Part shown: positions 38,753 through 48,946 of the stretch, piece by piece
How the letters are laid out: each line of letters starts with the position of its first letter
How positions within the stretch are numbered: the stretch's first letter is position 1
DNA from: Thermoplasmata archaeon
GTDB lineage: Archaea > Thermoplasmatota > Thermoplasmata > Lutacidiplasmatales > UBA184
Reading direction: 5' to 3'
Assembly: GCA_030038605.1 (NCBI GenBank)
Contig: JASHSU010000092.1
Span: 1-55,283, forward strand
Length of the DNA: 55,283 bases
Notes under the pieces: model-generated
Database searches by the model: none
What the model was told of the DNA's origin: nothing
What the model saw: the letters and a program-made list of their open reading frames with translations, nothing else
Position numbers and translations under genes: made by a program

Positions 38753-39310
38753 CTAATCGAGGAGCGTCACCCCGAACGTGGCCGTCAGCAGGGCCCGCGT
38801 CTCGTCCCGCGTCGACCGGAGCTCGGCCGGTACGGGGCGCGACTGCAGGCGGCGGTGCCGGACCCGGTAACCGGCCCGTCCGACCTCGACCGAGACGTCC
38901 ATCCCTTGGATCCCGATCTGGGGGTCGTACTTCATGCCGGTAAAGTCGGTGTAGTCCGCGATCCCGAAGGAGAAATTGCCGCTCCGGTCGATCGAGTCCG
39001 CGTCCAGCTGCCGGTCGCGCGCCTCGAAGGCGCGCTGCAGGAAGTCAACGGCGGCGGCGCCCCGGAGCGTGACCTTCGCGCCGATCTCCTGCCCGGCCCG
39101 GATCCCGAAGTCCCGGTTGGTCGAGTGGGCCCGCGTCGAGACCGGTTTCTGGTGCGTCAGCATCTGCAGGACGCGCTCGGCCTTGGTCCGAGCCTCGCCC
39201 GACTCGCCGACCCCGGAGTTGATGACGACCTTGATCACCCGCACCGAGCGGTGAGGGTTGCCCGACGGCGGGACCGGCGCCGTCACGGGGCTCGCGGACG
39301 GAGCGCTCAT
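38753..39310 (-). CDS. rpl5: 50S ribosomal protein uL5
   Basis: [35 protein letters not shown]. Confidence 0.96.
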   Translation of the reverse strand: MSAPSASPVTAPVPPSGNPHRSVRVIKVVINSGVGESGEARTKAERVLQMLTHQKPVSTRAHSTNRDFGIRAGQEIGAKVTLRGAAAVDFLQRAFEARDRQLDADSIDRSGNFSFGIADYTDFTGMKYDPQIGIQGMDVSVEVGRAGYRVRHRRLQSRPVPAELRSTRDETRALLTATFGVTLLD

Positions 39311-40023
39311 CGCGCGACTCCTTCGGCGAGCGTGACCTCGGGCGTCTTCTGGCCGACCACGTAGACGTATTCCTTGACCGTCGAGAACCCCTCGGCGAAG
39401 TGGACCAGGTTCGGCTGGGACGAGTTGCGCACCTCGACCCGCTCGACCCGGGCCAGCTGGCCGACGTGCGAGCCCCCCGCGACGAACGCCAGCGCCCCCG
39501 GCCCGAGTTTGAGATGGTCGACGACCTTCTGCGAAGGGACCTCGATCTTGACGGAGTCGCCCACCCGATACGGCGTGGAGGCGGCGACCAGCAGGTTGCG
39601 GCCGTCGTGCAGCGTCACCGCGACCTTGCCGGTCGGGACGGTGTGCTTGAACCGGACGCGGGCGACCTTCACGCCGGCCTCGGTGGACGGGATCGCGACC
39701 AGGACGAGCTTGCCCCGTCGGTCCTTGACGACACGGTAGTGCGCGTCCAGGGGCGCAGCGAACGAGAGCGTATCCATGAGGCCCAGACCCCGGTCGAGGT
39801 CCTTCGCGACCTTCCCGTCGACCCGGACCACGCCGGCGCGCAGGAGCAGACTCGCCTCGCGGGCGCTGCGGACCACGTGACGCAGGTCGCGGAGCGCGAG
39901 CAGCAACGGGATCGACTGGTCCTGCGCATGCGGACCGGGCCCCGGCCGCTTCACCCACTTGGTCCCTTTCCGGGGGATCGTCCAGGACCGGGGCGCCGCG
40001 CGGCGCTTCAGGCGGAACGTCAT
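39307..40023 (-). CDS. rps4e: 30S ribosomal protein eS4
   Basis: LKRRAAPRSW, PGPH, LHDGRN, GGSHVG. Confidence 0.96.
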   Translation of the reverse strand: MTFRLKRRAAPRSWTIPRKGTKWVKRPGPGPHAQDQSIPLLLALRDLRHVVRSAREASLLLRAGVVRVDGKVAKDLDRGLGLMDTLSFAAPLDAHYRVVKDRRGKLVLVAIPSTEAGVKVARVRFKHTVPTGKVAVTLHDGRNLLVAASTPYRVGDSVKIEVPSQKVVDHLKLGPGALAFVAGGSHVGQLARVERVEVRNSSQPNLVHFAEGFSTVKEYVYVVGQKTPEVTLAEGVAR

Positions 40024-40598
40024 GCCGACTCCTCCGTCGGGGGAACGGCCTTCTTCCGGCTTCGCGGCTTGGGGGCGGGCGCGGGTTCGTCGTCCGCGGT
40101 CTCCTCCTCGGCCGGAGCGGGCGCCTCCGGCGTCGCCTCGCTCGTCGCGGCCGGTAGCGTCGGGGTCGCAGGCGTCGACGGGAGCTCGTCCGCCGCCTCG
40201 ACCGTCTCGCCCCGTTCCTCGGGCGTCACATCTTCCTCGCGGACCTGCAGGGTGCGGCGTCGCCACGCGTCGGCGAGGTTCAACTTCGTGAGCACGAGGT
40301 GGCTCGTTCGGATCGGCAGCGGTTTCAACTTCGACTCGCCCGTCTTGAGCGTGACGTTGTCGAGCGTCACGGAGAGGCGCCGCCGGTCGATCTTCGCGAC
40401 CCGCTCCTCGCGCCCCACGAAACTGCCCGACATGACGCGGACCGTGTCGCCCTTGCGGAGCGGCAGGGACCGCTGGTGGAACCGTCGACGCAATTCGCGG
40501 GAGAGCGGGACCGTCATGAGGAGCCGCCGTCGGGCGGTGTGCGCCTCGTAGGCGGCCTTCCGCTGGCGGCGGGGCGCCTGCGGAGAGAGCGACGACAT
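40020..40598 (-). CDS. rpl24: 50S ribosomal protein uL24 with acidic C-terminal extension
   Basis: PRRQRK, LSRELR, RKGDTVRVMSG. Confidence 0.95.
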   Translation of the reverse strand: MSSLSPQAPRRQRKAAYEAHTARRRLLMTVPLSRELRRRFHQRSLPLRKGDTVRVMSGSFVGREERVAKIDRRRLSVTLDNVTLKTGESKLKPLPIRTSHLVLTKLNLADAWRRRTLQVREEDVTPEERGETVEAADELPSTPATPTLPAATSEATPEAPAPAEEETADDEPAPAPKPRSRKKAVPPTEESA

Positions 40599-40608
40599 CG
40601 ACGACCTC

Positions 40609-41007
40609 CTAGACGATGATCGACGAGGCGGCCGCGATCCGCGGCCAGCGCTCGGCGGCCTCCTTGGCGACAGGTCCCTTGATCTGAGAGCCCTTGATCT
40701 CCCCGGTCTCGGTCGTGATGACGGCGGCGTTGTCCTCGAACTGAAGCCGGGTGCCGTCGGCCCGGTGGATCGGTGAGCGGGACCGGACGATGACCGCGTG
40801 GAGCACCTGGCGTCGCATCTCGGGGGTGCCCTTCTTCACGGAGACGATCACCAGGTCCGCGATCCCGGCGCGCGGGTAGCGGCGGTGGGTGCCGTGCCAG
40901 TTCCGCACGGCGATGATCTCGACGACCTTGGCGCCGGTGTTGTCGACGCACTCGAGCCGGGCGCCCTTGGGAAGCCCCCGACCGCGGCGACCGGCCAGCC
41001 CCTTCAC
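40609..41007 (-). CDS. rpl14: 50S ribosomal protein uL14
   Basis: [28 protein letters not shown]; GTG start. Confidence 0.96.
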   Translation of the reverse strand: MKGLAGRRGRGLPKGARLECVDNTGAKVVEIIAVRNWHGTHRRYPRAGIADLVIVSVKKGTPEMRRQVLHAVIVRSRSPIHRADGTRLQFEDNAAVITTETGEIKGSQIKGPVAKEAAERWPRIAAASSIIV

Positions 41008-41429
41008 GTGTCCTCCTCCGCCGGTGCGGTCGCCGCGGCCGGGCCTGCCTCTTCCGCGGCGACCCGCCGGGCGGCCTCGCCCAGGTCCTCCACGATGCAG
41101 AACGAGACGAGTTTGGAGAGCGGGCGCGTCTCGGCGATGCGGACGCGGTGGCCGACCGGGATGTTGAGACAGGGCGGCGCGTGGGCCAGGTAGCGTCGCC
41201 GTCGCTTCTCGTACCGCTCGAACTTCGGGACGAAATGCAGCAGCGTCCGCTCGACGACAGCCGTCCGCTGCATGGACGTCGACACGACCGTGCCCTCGAG
41301 CACCTGCCCCCGGACGGGGAGTCGACCGTGGAACGGACAGTGCCGGTCGTCGCACCGAGCCTTCGGAGCGCGCACGTCGAGACCGATGTCCCGGGCGCGA
41401 CGGGCGGCCGACGTACGAGTGGGACTCAT
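41004..41429 (-). CDS. rps17: 30S ribosomal protein uS17
   Basis: [25 protein letters not shown]. Confidence 0.96.
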   Translation of the reverse strand: MSPTRTSAARRARDIGLDVRAPKARCDDRHCPFHGRLPVRGQVLEGTVVSTSMQRTAVVERTLLHFVPKFERYEKRRRRYLAHAPPCLNIPVGHRVRIAETRPLSKLVSFCIVEDLGEAARRVAAEEAGPAAATAPAEEDT

Positions 41430-41749
41430 CGATGCCTCCGAGGACCACCGGCGATGAGGCGCTTCGTCCGGTCCTCGGGTCGCAGCCGAAGGGTCTCGCC
41501 TCTTAAGGGTAACTCACGTCCACCGAGGAGGATCGTGCCGGGCTGGCCCCGCTTGGGGACATGGACCGGTCGGGCCCGTCCCGGGACCCGTACGACGAAC
41601 ATCGACATCGATTCGTCCACCAGGACGCCCTCGACGGCCCGCGCGAGACCGGGTCCGGCCCCGAAACGGACGGGGGCTCCGAGTAGCTCGCCGGCGAGCG
41701 CCGTCCGGTCCGCGACGGAGAGGTCCGTGGGGCGGTCCCGGTTCGGCAT
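41426..41749 (-). CDS. rnp1: Ribonuclease P protein component 1 (Rpp29/POP4)
   Basis: [20 protein letters not shown]; conserved position between L29 and S17. Confidence 0.85.
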   Translation of the reverse strand: MPNRDRPTDLSVADRTALAGELLGAPVRFGAGPGLARAVEGVLVDESMSMFVVRVPGRARPVHVPKRGQPGTILLGGRELPLRGETLRLRPEDRTKRLIAGGPRRHR

Positions 41750-41765
41750 GGATCCACTCGTCCCC

Positions 41766-41990
41766 CTACGCGCGCGCCAGTCGGGCCGCCGTGAGTTCGC
41801 GCTCGCGCAGGACGGTCAGCGACCGGGCCACGTTCGTGCGCAGGGCGCGCATGCGTCCAGGACTCGGCGGAGCGCCACCCATCGCCGCGATTCCCCGCTC
41901 GCGCAGGAGGTCGTTCTCGGCGTCGGCGATCCGCTGGCGAAGGTCGTCGTCGGAGAGGGCGCGCAGGTCCTTCATCCGGAGCAGCGCCAT
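41766..41990 (-). CDS. rpl29: 50S ribosomal protein uL29
   Basis: MALLRMKDLR...PGRMRALRTNVARSLTV. Confidence 0.93.
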   Translation of the reverse strand: MALLRMKDLRALSDDDLRQRIADAENDLLRERGIAAMGGAPPSPGRMRALRTNVARSLTVLRERELTAARLARA

Positions 41991-41991
41991 C

Positions 41992-42684
41992 CTACACCGC
42001 CTCCGGGGGCGACGCACCCTCCGCCGGCGCGGCGGCCGCCGGTTCCTCGACCGGGGGCAGCTCGACCGGCGCGGGCGCCGGGCGATTCTCGACGCCCTTC
42101 ACGACGATCTCGTCGGGCAGCTTGGAGTTCGCCCGCATGATCCAGACGCTGACGCCGATGACGCCGGGCTTGAGCCGGGCCTGGTAGAATCCCTTGTCGA
42201 CCCAGAGGTTGACGGCCTCACCGCAGTACTTGATCGTGCCCGCCTTGAACCGCTCGGTGCGGTGCCGCTCGCCCGTGAGCTTGCCGGAGAGGATGACCTG
42301 GGTCCCCCGCGCGCCCGCCTCCATGATCCGGCGGACGGTCGAGTGACCGGCCCGGCGGAAGTGCCAGCCCCGCTCGAGGGTGGAGGCGAGCTTCTCGCTC
42401 ATCAGCTGCGCGTTGAGGCTCGGCTGCCGCTCTTCCTGGACCTCGATCTGGGGATTGTCGAGCTGGAAGCGCTCGTGGATGTCCTCGGTGAGCCGTTTGA
42501 TCAGCTCGCCGCGGTGTCCGATGAGGATGCCCGGTCGCTCGCAGACGAGCGTGACCCGAGTGCCCATCGGGGTCCGGGTGATCTCGAGACCGCCAAACCC
42601 GGCGCGGGCGCTCTCGTGGACGAGGAAGTCCTTCAACAGGACCCGCCGGGTCGCTTCCTGGATCACCTTGCGCTCGGCGCTCAT
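41992..42684 (-). CDS. rps3: 30S ribosomal protein uS3
   Basis: RPGILIG KH domain, HFRRAG, SGKLTGER. Confidence 0.96.
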   Translation of the reverse strand: MSAERKVIQEATRRVLLKDFLVHESARAGFGGLEITRTPMGTRVTLVCERPGILIGHRGELIKRLTEDIHERFQLDNPQIEVQEERQPSLNAQLMSEKLASTLERGWHFRRAGHSTVRRIMEAGARGTQVILSGKLTGERHRTERFKAGTIKYCGEAVNLWVDKGFYQARLKPGVIGVSVWIMRANSKLPDEIVVKGVENRPAPAPVELPPVEEPAAAAPAEGASPPEAV

Positions 42685-43139
42685 TCCGTCTCCTTCCGCT
42701 CGACGAGGACGATCTCGACGTTGGTCGTCTGCTCGTTCCACGACGTCGCGCGCCCGTGGGCCCGCGGCATCGACGCTTTCCGGATCCGGCCCCGGGCGCT
42801 CGCCGCGACCTTGACGACGAGCAGGTCCGCGTCCAGTCCCTCGTACTCGGCGTTCTCGCGCGCGTTGCGCAGCACCTGCAGAACGCTCCGGGCCACCTTG
42901 CGCGGATAGCGGCCGGGTCCGGTGCCCCGCTTGTGCGAGACCTCCTGGTTGTAGCGTCGGAACGGCACGGCCCGCTTGAGGGCGACGACGTCCTCCAGGA
43001 ACGTCTCCGCGCGGTCGACGGGGAGACCCCGGATCGCGTTCAGGACCTCGTACGTCTTCTTCGGCGACATCGGGATCTCGATGCCGCGGGCCCGGGCGAC
43101 GTTCGTGCCCGACTCGCCCTGGTACGTGTACCCTCGCAT
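42681..43139 (-). CDS. rpl22: 50S ribosomal protein uL22
   Basis: AVPFRRY, GRYPRK, PRAHGRA. Confidence 0.96.
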   Translation of the reverse strand: MRGYTYQGESGTNVARARGIEIPMSPKKTYEVLNAIRGLPVDRAETFLEDVVALKRAVPFRRYNQEVSHKRGTGPGRYPRKVARSVLQVLRNARENAEYEGLDADLLVVKVAASARGRIRKASMPRAHGRATSWNEQTTNVEIVLVERKETE

Positions 43140-43152
43140 GGTTGGATGAACC

Positions 43153-43578
43153 TCACTTGAGCGGCATGAACTTGGACGACCGCGTCGCGCCGACGCCCGG
43201 GCCCGAGTGCTTCTCGAACCGCCGGGTGAGCGCGAACTCGCCGAAGTAGTGCCCGATCATCTCGGGACGGATCTCGACTTCCTTGAACTCCTTCCCGTTG
43301 TGGACCGCGACCCGCCGGGCCACGTGCTCGGGCAGGACCAGCGCGTCGCGGCAATGGGTCCGGATGACCTTCTCGGCCGGCGTCGAGCGCATCCGCTCGT
43401 AGAAGTGGGTCGTCTCCAGGTTGAACCCCCGGCGGATGGAGCGGCGGGCCCGCGAGCCCGCGACCTTGGCGAACTCCTCGAGAGAGAGCTTCTGCAGCTC
43501 CGGTAGCGTGAGTCCCCGGTAGGTGAACTCCCGCTTCCGCCGCGCCTCGACCTTCTTAGCCTTCCTCGCCTTCGGCAT
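43153..43578 (-). CDS. rps19: 30S ribosomal protein uS19
   Basis: FTYRG, RTHCRD, MIGHYFGEF, GATRSSKF. Confidence 0.96.
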   Translation of the reverse strand: MPKARKAKKVEARRKREFTYRGLTLPELQKLSLEEFAKVAGSRARRSIRRGFNLETTHFYERMRSTPAEKVIRTHCRDALVLPEHVARRVAVHNGKEFKEVEIRPEMIGHYFGEFALTRRFEKHSGPGVGATRSSKFMPLK

Positions 43579-43584
43579 GGGGTC

Positions 43585-44313
43585 CTACGTCCTCCGTTCG
43601 CGGTCGCGGCGCCGCTTCTTGCGGATGGAACGGGAGAAGCGTCCGACCTTGGCCCCGGGCCAAGTCCCGCTCGCGACAGTCGACGGACGCCCGACATGCT
43701 GGTGGGCGCCGCCGCCGAACGGATGGTTGACGGGATTCATCGCCACACCGCGCACCTTAAGCGGGGCCCGGGCGAGCGAGCGGGTCATCCAGAATTTCTT
43801 GCCGGCCTTGATCACCGGGCGTTCGCGGCGACCTCCGCCGCCGACCGCCCCGACCTGGGCTCGACAGGTTTCGAGCAGGCGCTTGAACTCCCCCGAGGGG
43901 AGCTGGATCGTAACTTCGCCGGAGGCGTGGGCCGTAACGAGAGCGCTGCCACCGGCGGCGCGCACGAGACGGCCGCCGTCGAACGGCTTGACCTCGATGT
44001 TGCACACCAGCGTGCCGTCAGGGATGCGGCTCAGCGGTAGGACGGCCCCGCGGTCGACCTTCCCTTCGTGGAACGCGACGGATTGCCCGGTCGCGAGTCC
44101 GGCGGTGGCGAGCAGGCGTACCGCGGACCCGTCCGGGGCGATGACCTCGGCGACCGGGGCGGAGCGGCCCGGCGCCATCGCGATCGCCTCGACGCGACCG
44201 TCCCCCACGAGCGATGGCGAGGGGTGGACGATGGCACCGTGGTGCCGGTGGCTCGGCGAGCGGTAGGTCGGAGTGCCGGAACCCCGTCGCCGGGAGATGA
44301 TGCGCTTTCCCAT
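43585..44313 (-). CDS. rpl2: 50S ribosomal protein uL2
   Basis: MGKRIISRRRG, LPSG, RGVAMNPVNHPFGGG. Confidence 0.97.
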   Translation of the reverse strand: MGKRIISRRRGSGTPTYRSPSHRHHGAIVHPSPSLVGDGRVEAIAMAPGRSAPVAEVIAPDGSAVRLLATAGLATGQSVAFHEGKVDRGAVLPLSRIPDGTLVCNIEVKPFDGGRLVRAAGGSALVTAHASGEVTIQLPSGEFKRLLETCRAQVGAVGGGGRRERPVIKAGKKFWMTRSLARAPLKVRGVAMNPVNHPFGGGAHQHVGRPSTVASGTWPGAKVGRFSRSIRKKRRRDRERRT

Positions 44314-44576
44314 CAGAACACCCCGGCCCGGCTGCCGATGTCCTCCGCCGAGTAGTCCTTGGTGAAACGGACGGTCGCGATCTTGCCGGACCGAACGATC
44401 TTCACGTTGACCTTGGCGACCTTGCACTGATACGTCTCTTCGACCGCGCGACGGATCTCCGCCCGGTTGGCGCGGGCGTCGACGACGAACTCCAGCTTGT
44501 TGAGCCGCTCCATCTCGTCCATCGACTTCTCGGTCACGTAGGCGTGCAGGATGATCCGGTGCCGGAGCTGCGTCAT
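44313..44576 (-). CDS. rpl23: 50S ribosomal protein uL23
   Basis: VTEKS, NKLEFVVD, AEDIGSRAGVF. Confidence 0.95.
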   Translation of the reverse strand: MTQLRHRIILHAYVTEKSMDEMERLNKLEFVVDARANRAEIRRAVEETYQCKVAKVNVKIVRSGKIATVRFTKDYSAEDIGSRAGVF

Positions 44577-45388
44577 GCGCTCGCCTCCCCGAGTCGGGTG
44601 CGAAGGGACTCGAGACCGGCGTGCGAAAAGATCGTGAGTCGGGCCGGGTCCCCGCCCGGAGCCAGGTCCTCCGTGGCGAGGCGCTGCGCGGGCACGACCT
44701 CGACGCCCGACAGGTTGCGGAACCCGAGGGCCCGGTTCGGCTGACTCGTGACGACCAGGACGCTGCGAGGAACGCGCCGCCCCCGTCCGCGACGTCGGGC
44801 CCGGCCGGACTTGAGGGTCGTCCCCTCGCGCGCCCGCGTCACGTCGTCCCAGAGCTGGAGCCGTTCCAGGAGCGCGCGGGCCTCGGCGGTCGTCGCGACC
44901 TTTTCGAGCGGGTCTTCCAGGACGAGGGGGAGATGCAACCCGTCCGGGACCGTGTGGCCCCGGGCGCTGACCCACGTCGCCTCCCGGGTCGCCGCGAGGG
45001 CGGAGGCGAACGCCAGACGCGCCTCCTTGCGATTGATCTTCTTGGTCCAGATGCGGTCCACCCGGGGGGGATGCGCGGGGCGACCCCCGACCGTGTTCGG
45101 TGCTTGCGCGCCCCGCATCGAGTCCATGAGGCGCGGCGTACGCGCGACGCCCTTACCTTTTCCCGACCACTGCGTCGAATGACGGAGGCCGGCGGTCGGG
45201 GTGGTGCCATACGGTTGGCGCCGGTGCGACTGCGTCGCGACCACGGCGCGTCGGATGAGGTCCGGCCGAACGGTCTGGGAGAACGCGAGCGGGAGCGTCA
45301 CCTGGTGCGAACTCGCCTTGCCGTCCAATCCGACCACATGCACCCGGTGGTGATGGCCGGCCGGTGCGACGGGCGCGGGGTCGCTCAT
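44573..45388 (-). CDS. rpl4: 50S ribosomal protein uL4
   Basis: RPDLIRRAV, GGRPAHPP, LAPGG..RLT. Confidence 0.96.
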   Translation of the reverse strand: MSDPAPVAPAGHHHRVHVVGLDGKASSHQVTLPLAFSQTVRPDLIRRAVVATQSHRRQPYGTTPTAGLRHSTQWSGKGKGVARTPRLMDSMRGAQAPNTVGGRPAHPPRVDRIWTKKINRKEARLAFASALAATREATWVSARGHTVPDGLHLPLVLEDPLEKVATTAEARALLERLQLWDDVTRAREGTTLKSGRARRRGRGRRVPRSVLVVTSQPNRALGFRNLSGVEVVPAQRLATEDLAPGGDPARLTIFSHAGLESLRTRLGEASA

Positions 45389-46386
45389 CAGGCCCCCTGC
45401 TTCGACCGGGTGCTGAGGTAGCGAATGTCGACCTTTTCGACGTTCGCGACCCGGCTGCGGATCGGCGTTCGGAACCGAAGGAGACGCTTCGCCGGACCGG
45501 GCACCGAACCGTGCAACAGGATGCAGGCCGCCCGGACTTCCCCGTAGTGCGGAAACCCGCCCGCCGGTGTGATCGGGTCCGACCGCGGGTCCTTGACGAC
45601 CCGGAGGACCCGCATGTTGAACTGGGTACGGCGGTGGTAACCTTGCTGCCCCGCCTGGGGGATCCGATACGTCACGAAACTCGGGTTGTGGGGCCCGAGC
45701 GTCCCGATCATCCGCCGGTGCTTGGAGTTCTTCCGCGGCTGGAGCTTCACACCCCATCGCTGGATATGGCCCTGGAATCCGAACCCCTTCGTGACTCCGA
45801 TGACGTCGAGGAACTCGCCTTCCTTGGCCAGCTCCTCCGCGGGAATCTCTTTACCGAGGGCGGCGACCGCGAAGGCGCGTCGGTCGTCGAACTTCTCGCC
45901 CGAGACCCGGACCTCGAACAGGGTCGGGGTCTTCGAGCCGGTGCCGGTGATCAGCTGGGGTTGAGTATAGACGATCAGGCGGACTTCGTCCCCTCCGGCC
46001 TGACCGAACGCCTCCCGTGCGCCCGCGGCGCTCTCCGGGTGGGTCGGTATGGTGCGGCCGAGTTCCTCGATCGGGGTCCCGCCCCACAATTCCGCGACGA
46101 TGCGCCGCCCATAGGGGGTGGACGCGTAGACGCGGGCCCCCGCCACGCGCAGCGGCGGCACCTCGACGACCGTCACCGGAACGGCGACCTCCTGACCGGC
46201 CGTCGTCGACCGCTTCCGGTAATCGACCATGAACGCGTGCGTCATGCCGACCTTGAAGCCGGCAAATCCCTCGATCGCCGGCGGCTTGCCGCCCCGGGCC
46301 CAGGAGCGGACCCGCGGGAGCGGCCGGGCGGACCGGGACCGCGGCGAATACGCTAGAGATCCACGTCGTGGACGATGGCGTGCCAT
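45388..46386 (-). CDS. rpl3: 50S ribosomal protein uL3
   Basis: PRRGSL, GFKVGMTH, TKGFGFQG, GSVPGP. Confidence 0.97.
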   Translation of the reverse strand: MARHRPRRGSLAYSPRSRSARPLPRVRSWARGGKPPAIEGFAGFKVGMTHAFMVDYRKRSTTAGQEVAVPVTVVEVPPLRVAGARVYASTPYGRRIVAELWGGTPIEELGRTIPTHPESAAGAREAFGQAGGDEVRLIVYTQPQLITGTGSKTPTLFEVRVSGEKFDDRRAFAVAALGKEIPAEELAKEGEFLDVIGVTKGFGFQGHIQRWGVKLQPRKNSKHRRMIGTLGPHNPSFVTYRIPQAGQQGYHRRTQFNMRVLRVVKDPRSDPITPAGGFPHYGEVRAACILLHGSVPGPAKRLLRFRTPIRSRVANVEKVDIRYLSTRSKQGA

Positions 46387-46434
46387 GGGTCGATAGGGGG
46401 TCCTGCCTCCGCGGGGGCGGGGGAGAAAGGTACC

Positions 46435-46446
46435 CTATATAACCCC
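46435..46446 (-). promoter_or_regulatory. TATA box of the ribosomal protein operon
   Basis: GGGGTTATATAG about 50 nt upstream of the rpl3 ATG. Confidence 0.65.
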
Positions 46447-46552
46447 ACCCTAAGATTTGGCGTGGCCCCCTCGAAAATCGCCCGGCGGCTCGCCGGTGGA
46501 ACGCGTCGGCCATGGCGCATCTCCGAACGCGCGCGTAGAGAGCGCCGCCGGC

Positions 46553-47749
46553 TCATACGACGCCCAGGTCGCGCCCGGCCCTCGTGAATGCGTCGATGGC
46601 GAAGCCGACATCGTCGTCCGTCAGCGCCGCGTTCATGATCGTCCGGATCCGTGCCTTGTCGCGGGCGACCATCGGGAAGACGATCGGGAGCGCGAAGACT
46701 CCGAGGTCGAACAAGCGCTGGCTCATCCGTCGGGCGAGACCGCTGTCGCCGACGACGATGGGGGTGATCGGCGTCGTGCTCTGACCGGTATTGAATCCGG
46801 CGTCGTGCATCGCCTGCTTGAACCGTCGGGTGTGGCTCCAGAGCCGGGCCACGTGCTCCGGTTCCTGCTCGAGCACGTCCACGGCGGCGATGCAGGCGGC
46901 CGTCACGGCCGGCGGGTGCGAACCGCTCAACAACCAGGTGCGGGATTTGTTGAACGCGAACTCGCGCAGCGCGGTCGACCCGGAGATGTGCCCGCCGACC
47001 ACCCCGAACGCCTTCGAGAACGTCCCCATCTCGACGTGGACCTGGTCGCGCCGGAGGTGGAAATGGGAGACGATGCCCCGGCCGCCTTCCCCGAGGACCC
47101 CCTCCCCGTGAGCGTCGTCCACGTAGACCATCGCCCCGTGGTCGGCCCCGAGCGCGGCGATCCGGTCCAGCGGCGCCACGTCCCCGTCCATCGAAAAGAC
47201 GCCATCGGTGATGAGGAGGATCCGTCGGTATGCGGGCGCGTGACGCTCGGCTTCCGAGAGGACACGGGCCAGGTCGTCCGTGTCCGCGTGCTTGTAGACG
47301 CTGCGCTCGGCGCGCGAGAGACGGACCCCGTCGATGATGCTGCCGTGGTTCAACTCGTCGCTGATGACGAGGTCGCCCTCCCCGACCAGTTGCGGAATGA
47401 GACCGGCGTTGGTCGCGAATCCAGACTGGTAGACCAGCGAGGCCTCGGCTCCCTTGAACCGGGCCAGCCGCTGTTCGAGCTCGACATGCAGGTCCATCGT
47501 GCCGGCGATCGGACGCACCGAACCGGACCCCGCGCCATGGGTCCGGACCGCCTCGATGGCCGCGGCCTTCAACTTCGGATGGTTGGAGAGTCCGAGGTAG
47601 TTGTTCGAACAGAACATGAGGACCTTCTTGCCGTCGATCACCGACCAGGGCAGGCTCGGCCCGTCCAGGACCCGGAGCTTCCAGTCAAGTTCCGAGGCCA
47701 CCAGCTGGTCGACCTCCTGCCGGAGGAAGCCGGTCGGGTCGCGGGTCAT
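46553..47749 (-). CDS. kbl: Glycine C-acetyltransferase (2-amino-3-ketobutyrate CoA ligase)
   Basis: SNNYLGL, SDELNHGSIIDG, DGVFSMDG, DDAHG, GTFSKAFG (PLP Lys); adjacent to tdh. Confidence 0.9.
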   Translation of the reverse strand: MTRDPTGFLRQEVDQLVASELDWKLRVLDGPSLPWSVIDGKKVLMFCSNNYLGLSNHPKLKAAAIEAVRTHGAGSGSVRPIAGTMDLHVELEQRLARFKGAEASLVYQSGFATNAGLIPQLVGEGDLVISDELNHGSIIDGVRLSRAERSVYKHADTDDLARVLSEAERHAPAYRRILLITDGVFSMDGDVAPLDRIAALGADHGAMVYVDDAHGEGVLGEGGRGIVSHFHLRRDQVHVEMGTFSKAFGVVGGHISGSTALREFAFNKSRTWLLSGSHPPAVTAACIAAVDVLEQEPEHVARLWSHTRRFKQAMHDAGFNTGQSTTPITPIVVGDSGLARRMSQRLFDLGVFALPIVFPMVARDKARIRTIMNAALTDDDVGFAIDAFTRAGRDLGVV

Positions 47750-47753
47750 CCGT

Positions 47754-48815
47754 CTACCACCTCGCTTCGAGGGAGACCTTCGCGGCCTGCGTCGAGTCGA
47801 TCAGGTCCATGGCGCGCGCGAGCTCGGGGATCGGCACGCGATGCGTGATGATCTGACCGACCTTCTCGCGGAAGGCCGGCAGCGCGAGCAACCCCTTGAC
47901 CTGGTACCACGTCGCGAACATCCGGCGCCCGAAGATCCCGTGGACCCGGGCGGCCTTGAAGATGAGGGACGCGTCGACGTCGAGCGTGGTCGGGCGGTCC
48001 AGCAGGCCCAGCAGCGATACCCGACCGCCGGGCGTGAGCGCGTCGAAGACGAGCTGAAAACCGCTCGGGTGTCCGGACATCTCGCAGGCGACGTCGACGC
48101 CGCGCCCGTACGTCATCTCCCGGATGGCGGGGACGAGTCGGTCGCCTTCCTCGACCGGGTTGAACACCCGGTCGGCGCCCATCTTGCGGGCCAGGTCCGC
48201 CCGCACGCGGTTCACCTCGGTCGCTACGACCGTCTCCGCGCCGAGGGTCCGGGCGACGGCGATCGCCAGCAGCCCAATCGGGCCGGCCCCGGCGATGAGG
48301 ACCGACTTCCCGGCGAGGTCTTCGATGTTGTCTTCCGGCAGCAGGGAGTGCACGGCGTTGCCGAGCGGCTCCTGCACCGACGCGATTGCCGGGTCTAGGC
48401 TCGGGTCGTTCTTCCACGCGTTGAGCTCCGGCAGGACCGCGAACTCGGCGAACACCCCGTCACGATCGACGCCCAGCACCTGCACATTCGCGCAGATGTG
48501 CATCTTGCCGGTGCGGCACTGGTAGCAGGTCCCGTCGACGATGTGCGTCTCGGCCGAGACGTGATCGCCGACGGTGAGGCTCCGAACCCGGGCGCCGACC
48601 CGGACGACCTCGCCGCTCACCTCGTGGCCGAAGATCATCGGGACCGTGCGAACGCGCTCCTGCGCCCACTCGTTCCACTTCCAGATGTGCACGTCCGTCC
48701 CGCAGATCGAGGACGCGCGGACCCGTACCAGCACCTCGTCCTCCGCGGGGGTCGGGTCGGGTACGGTCCGAACCTCGCCGCCCGGTCCACGATGGGTTTT
48801 CACGACGGCCTGCAC
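47754..48815 (-). CDS. tdh: L-threonine 3-dehydrogenase (Zn-dependent MDR family)
   Basis: ICGTDVHI, GHE, EPLGNAVH, GAGPIG, GRRMFATW. Confidence 0.93.
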   Translation of the reverse strand: MQAVVKTHRGPGGEVRTVPDPTPAEDEVLVRVRASSICGTDVHIWKWNEWAQERVRTVPMIFGHEVSGEVVRVGARVRSLTVGDHVSAETHIVDGTCYQCRTGKMHICANVQVLGVDRDGVFAEFAVLPELNAWKNDPSLDPAIASVQEPLGNAVHSLLPEDNIEDLAGKSVLIAGAGPIGLLAIAVARTLGAETVVATEVNRVRADLARKMGADRVFNPVEEGDRLVPAIREMTYGRGVDVACEMSGHPSGFQLVFDALTPGGRVSLLGLLDRPTTLDVDASLIFKAARVHGIFGRRMFATWYQVKGLLALPAFREKVGQIITHRVPIPELARAMDLIDSTQAAKVSLEARW

Positions 48816-48946
48816 GGAACTCCTCGGCCGTGCCAGCGGTGTCGCGGATTAACGCTTGGCGGCGCGACGCGTCCCTCGCCGGCCGGAGCGCGGTTACCTC
48901 GGCCCCATCGTGTCCGTAAATACTCTGTGACGCTCCTCTTCTCTCG

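Noticed and set aside
46447-46552. Possible ncRNA between kbl and the rpl3 promoter
   Set aside because: Only short GC pairings; no recognisable C/D box, H/ACA, SRP or tRNA features.
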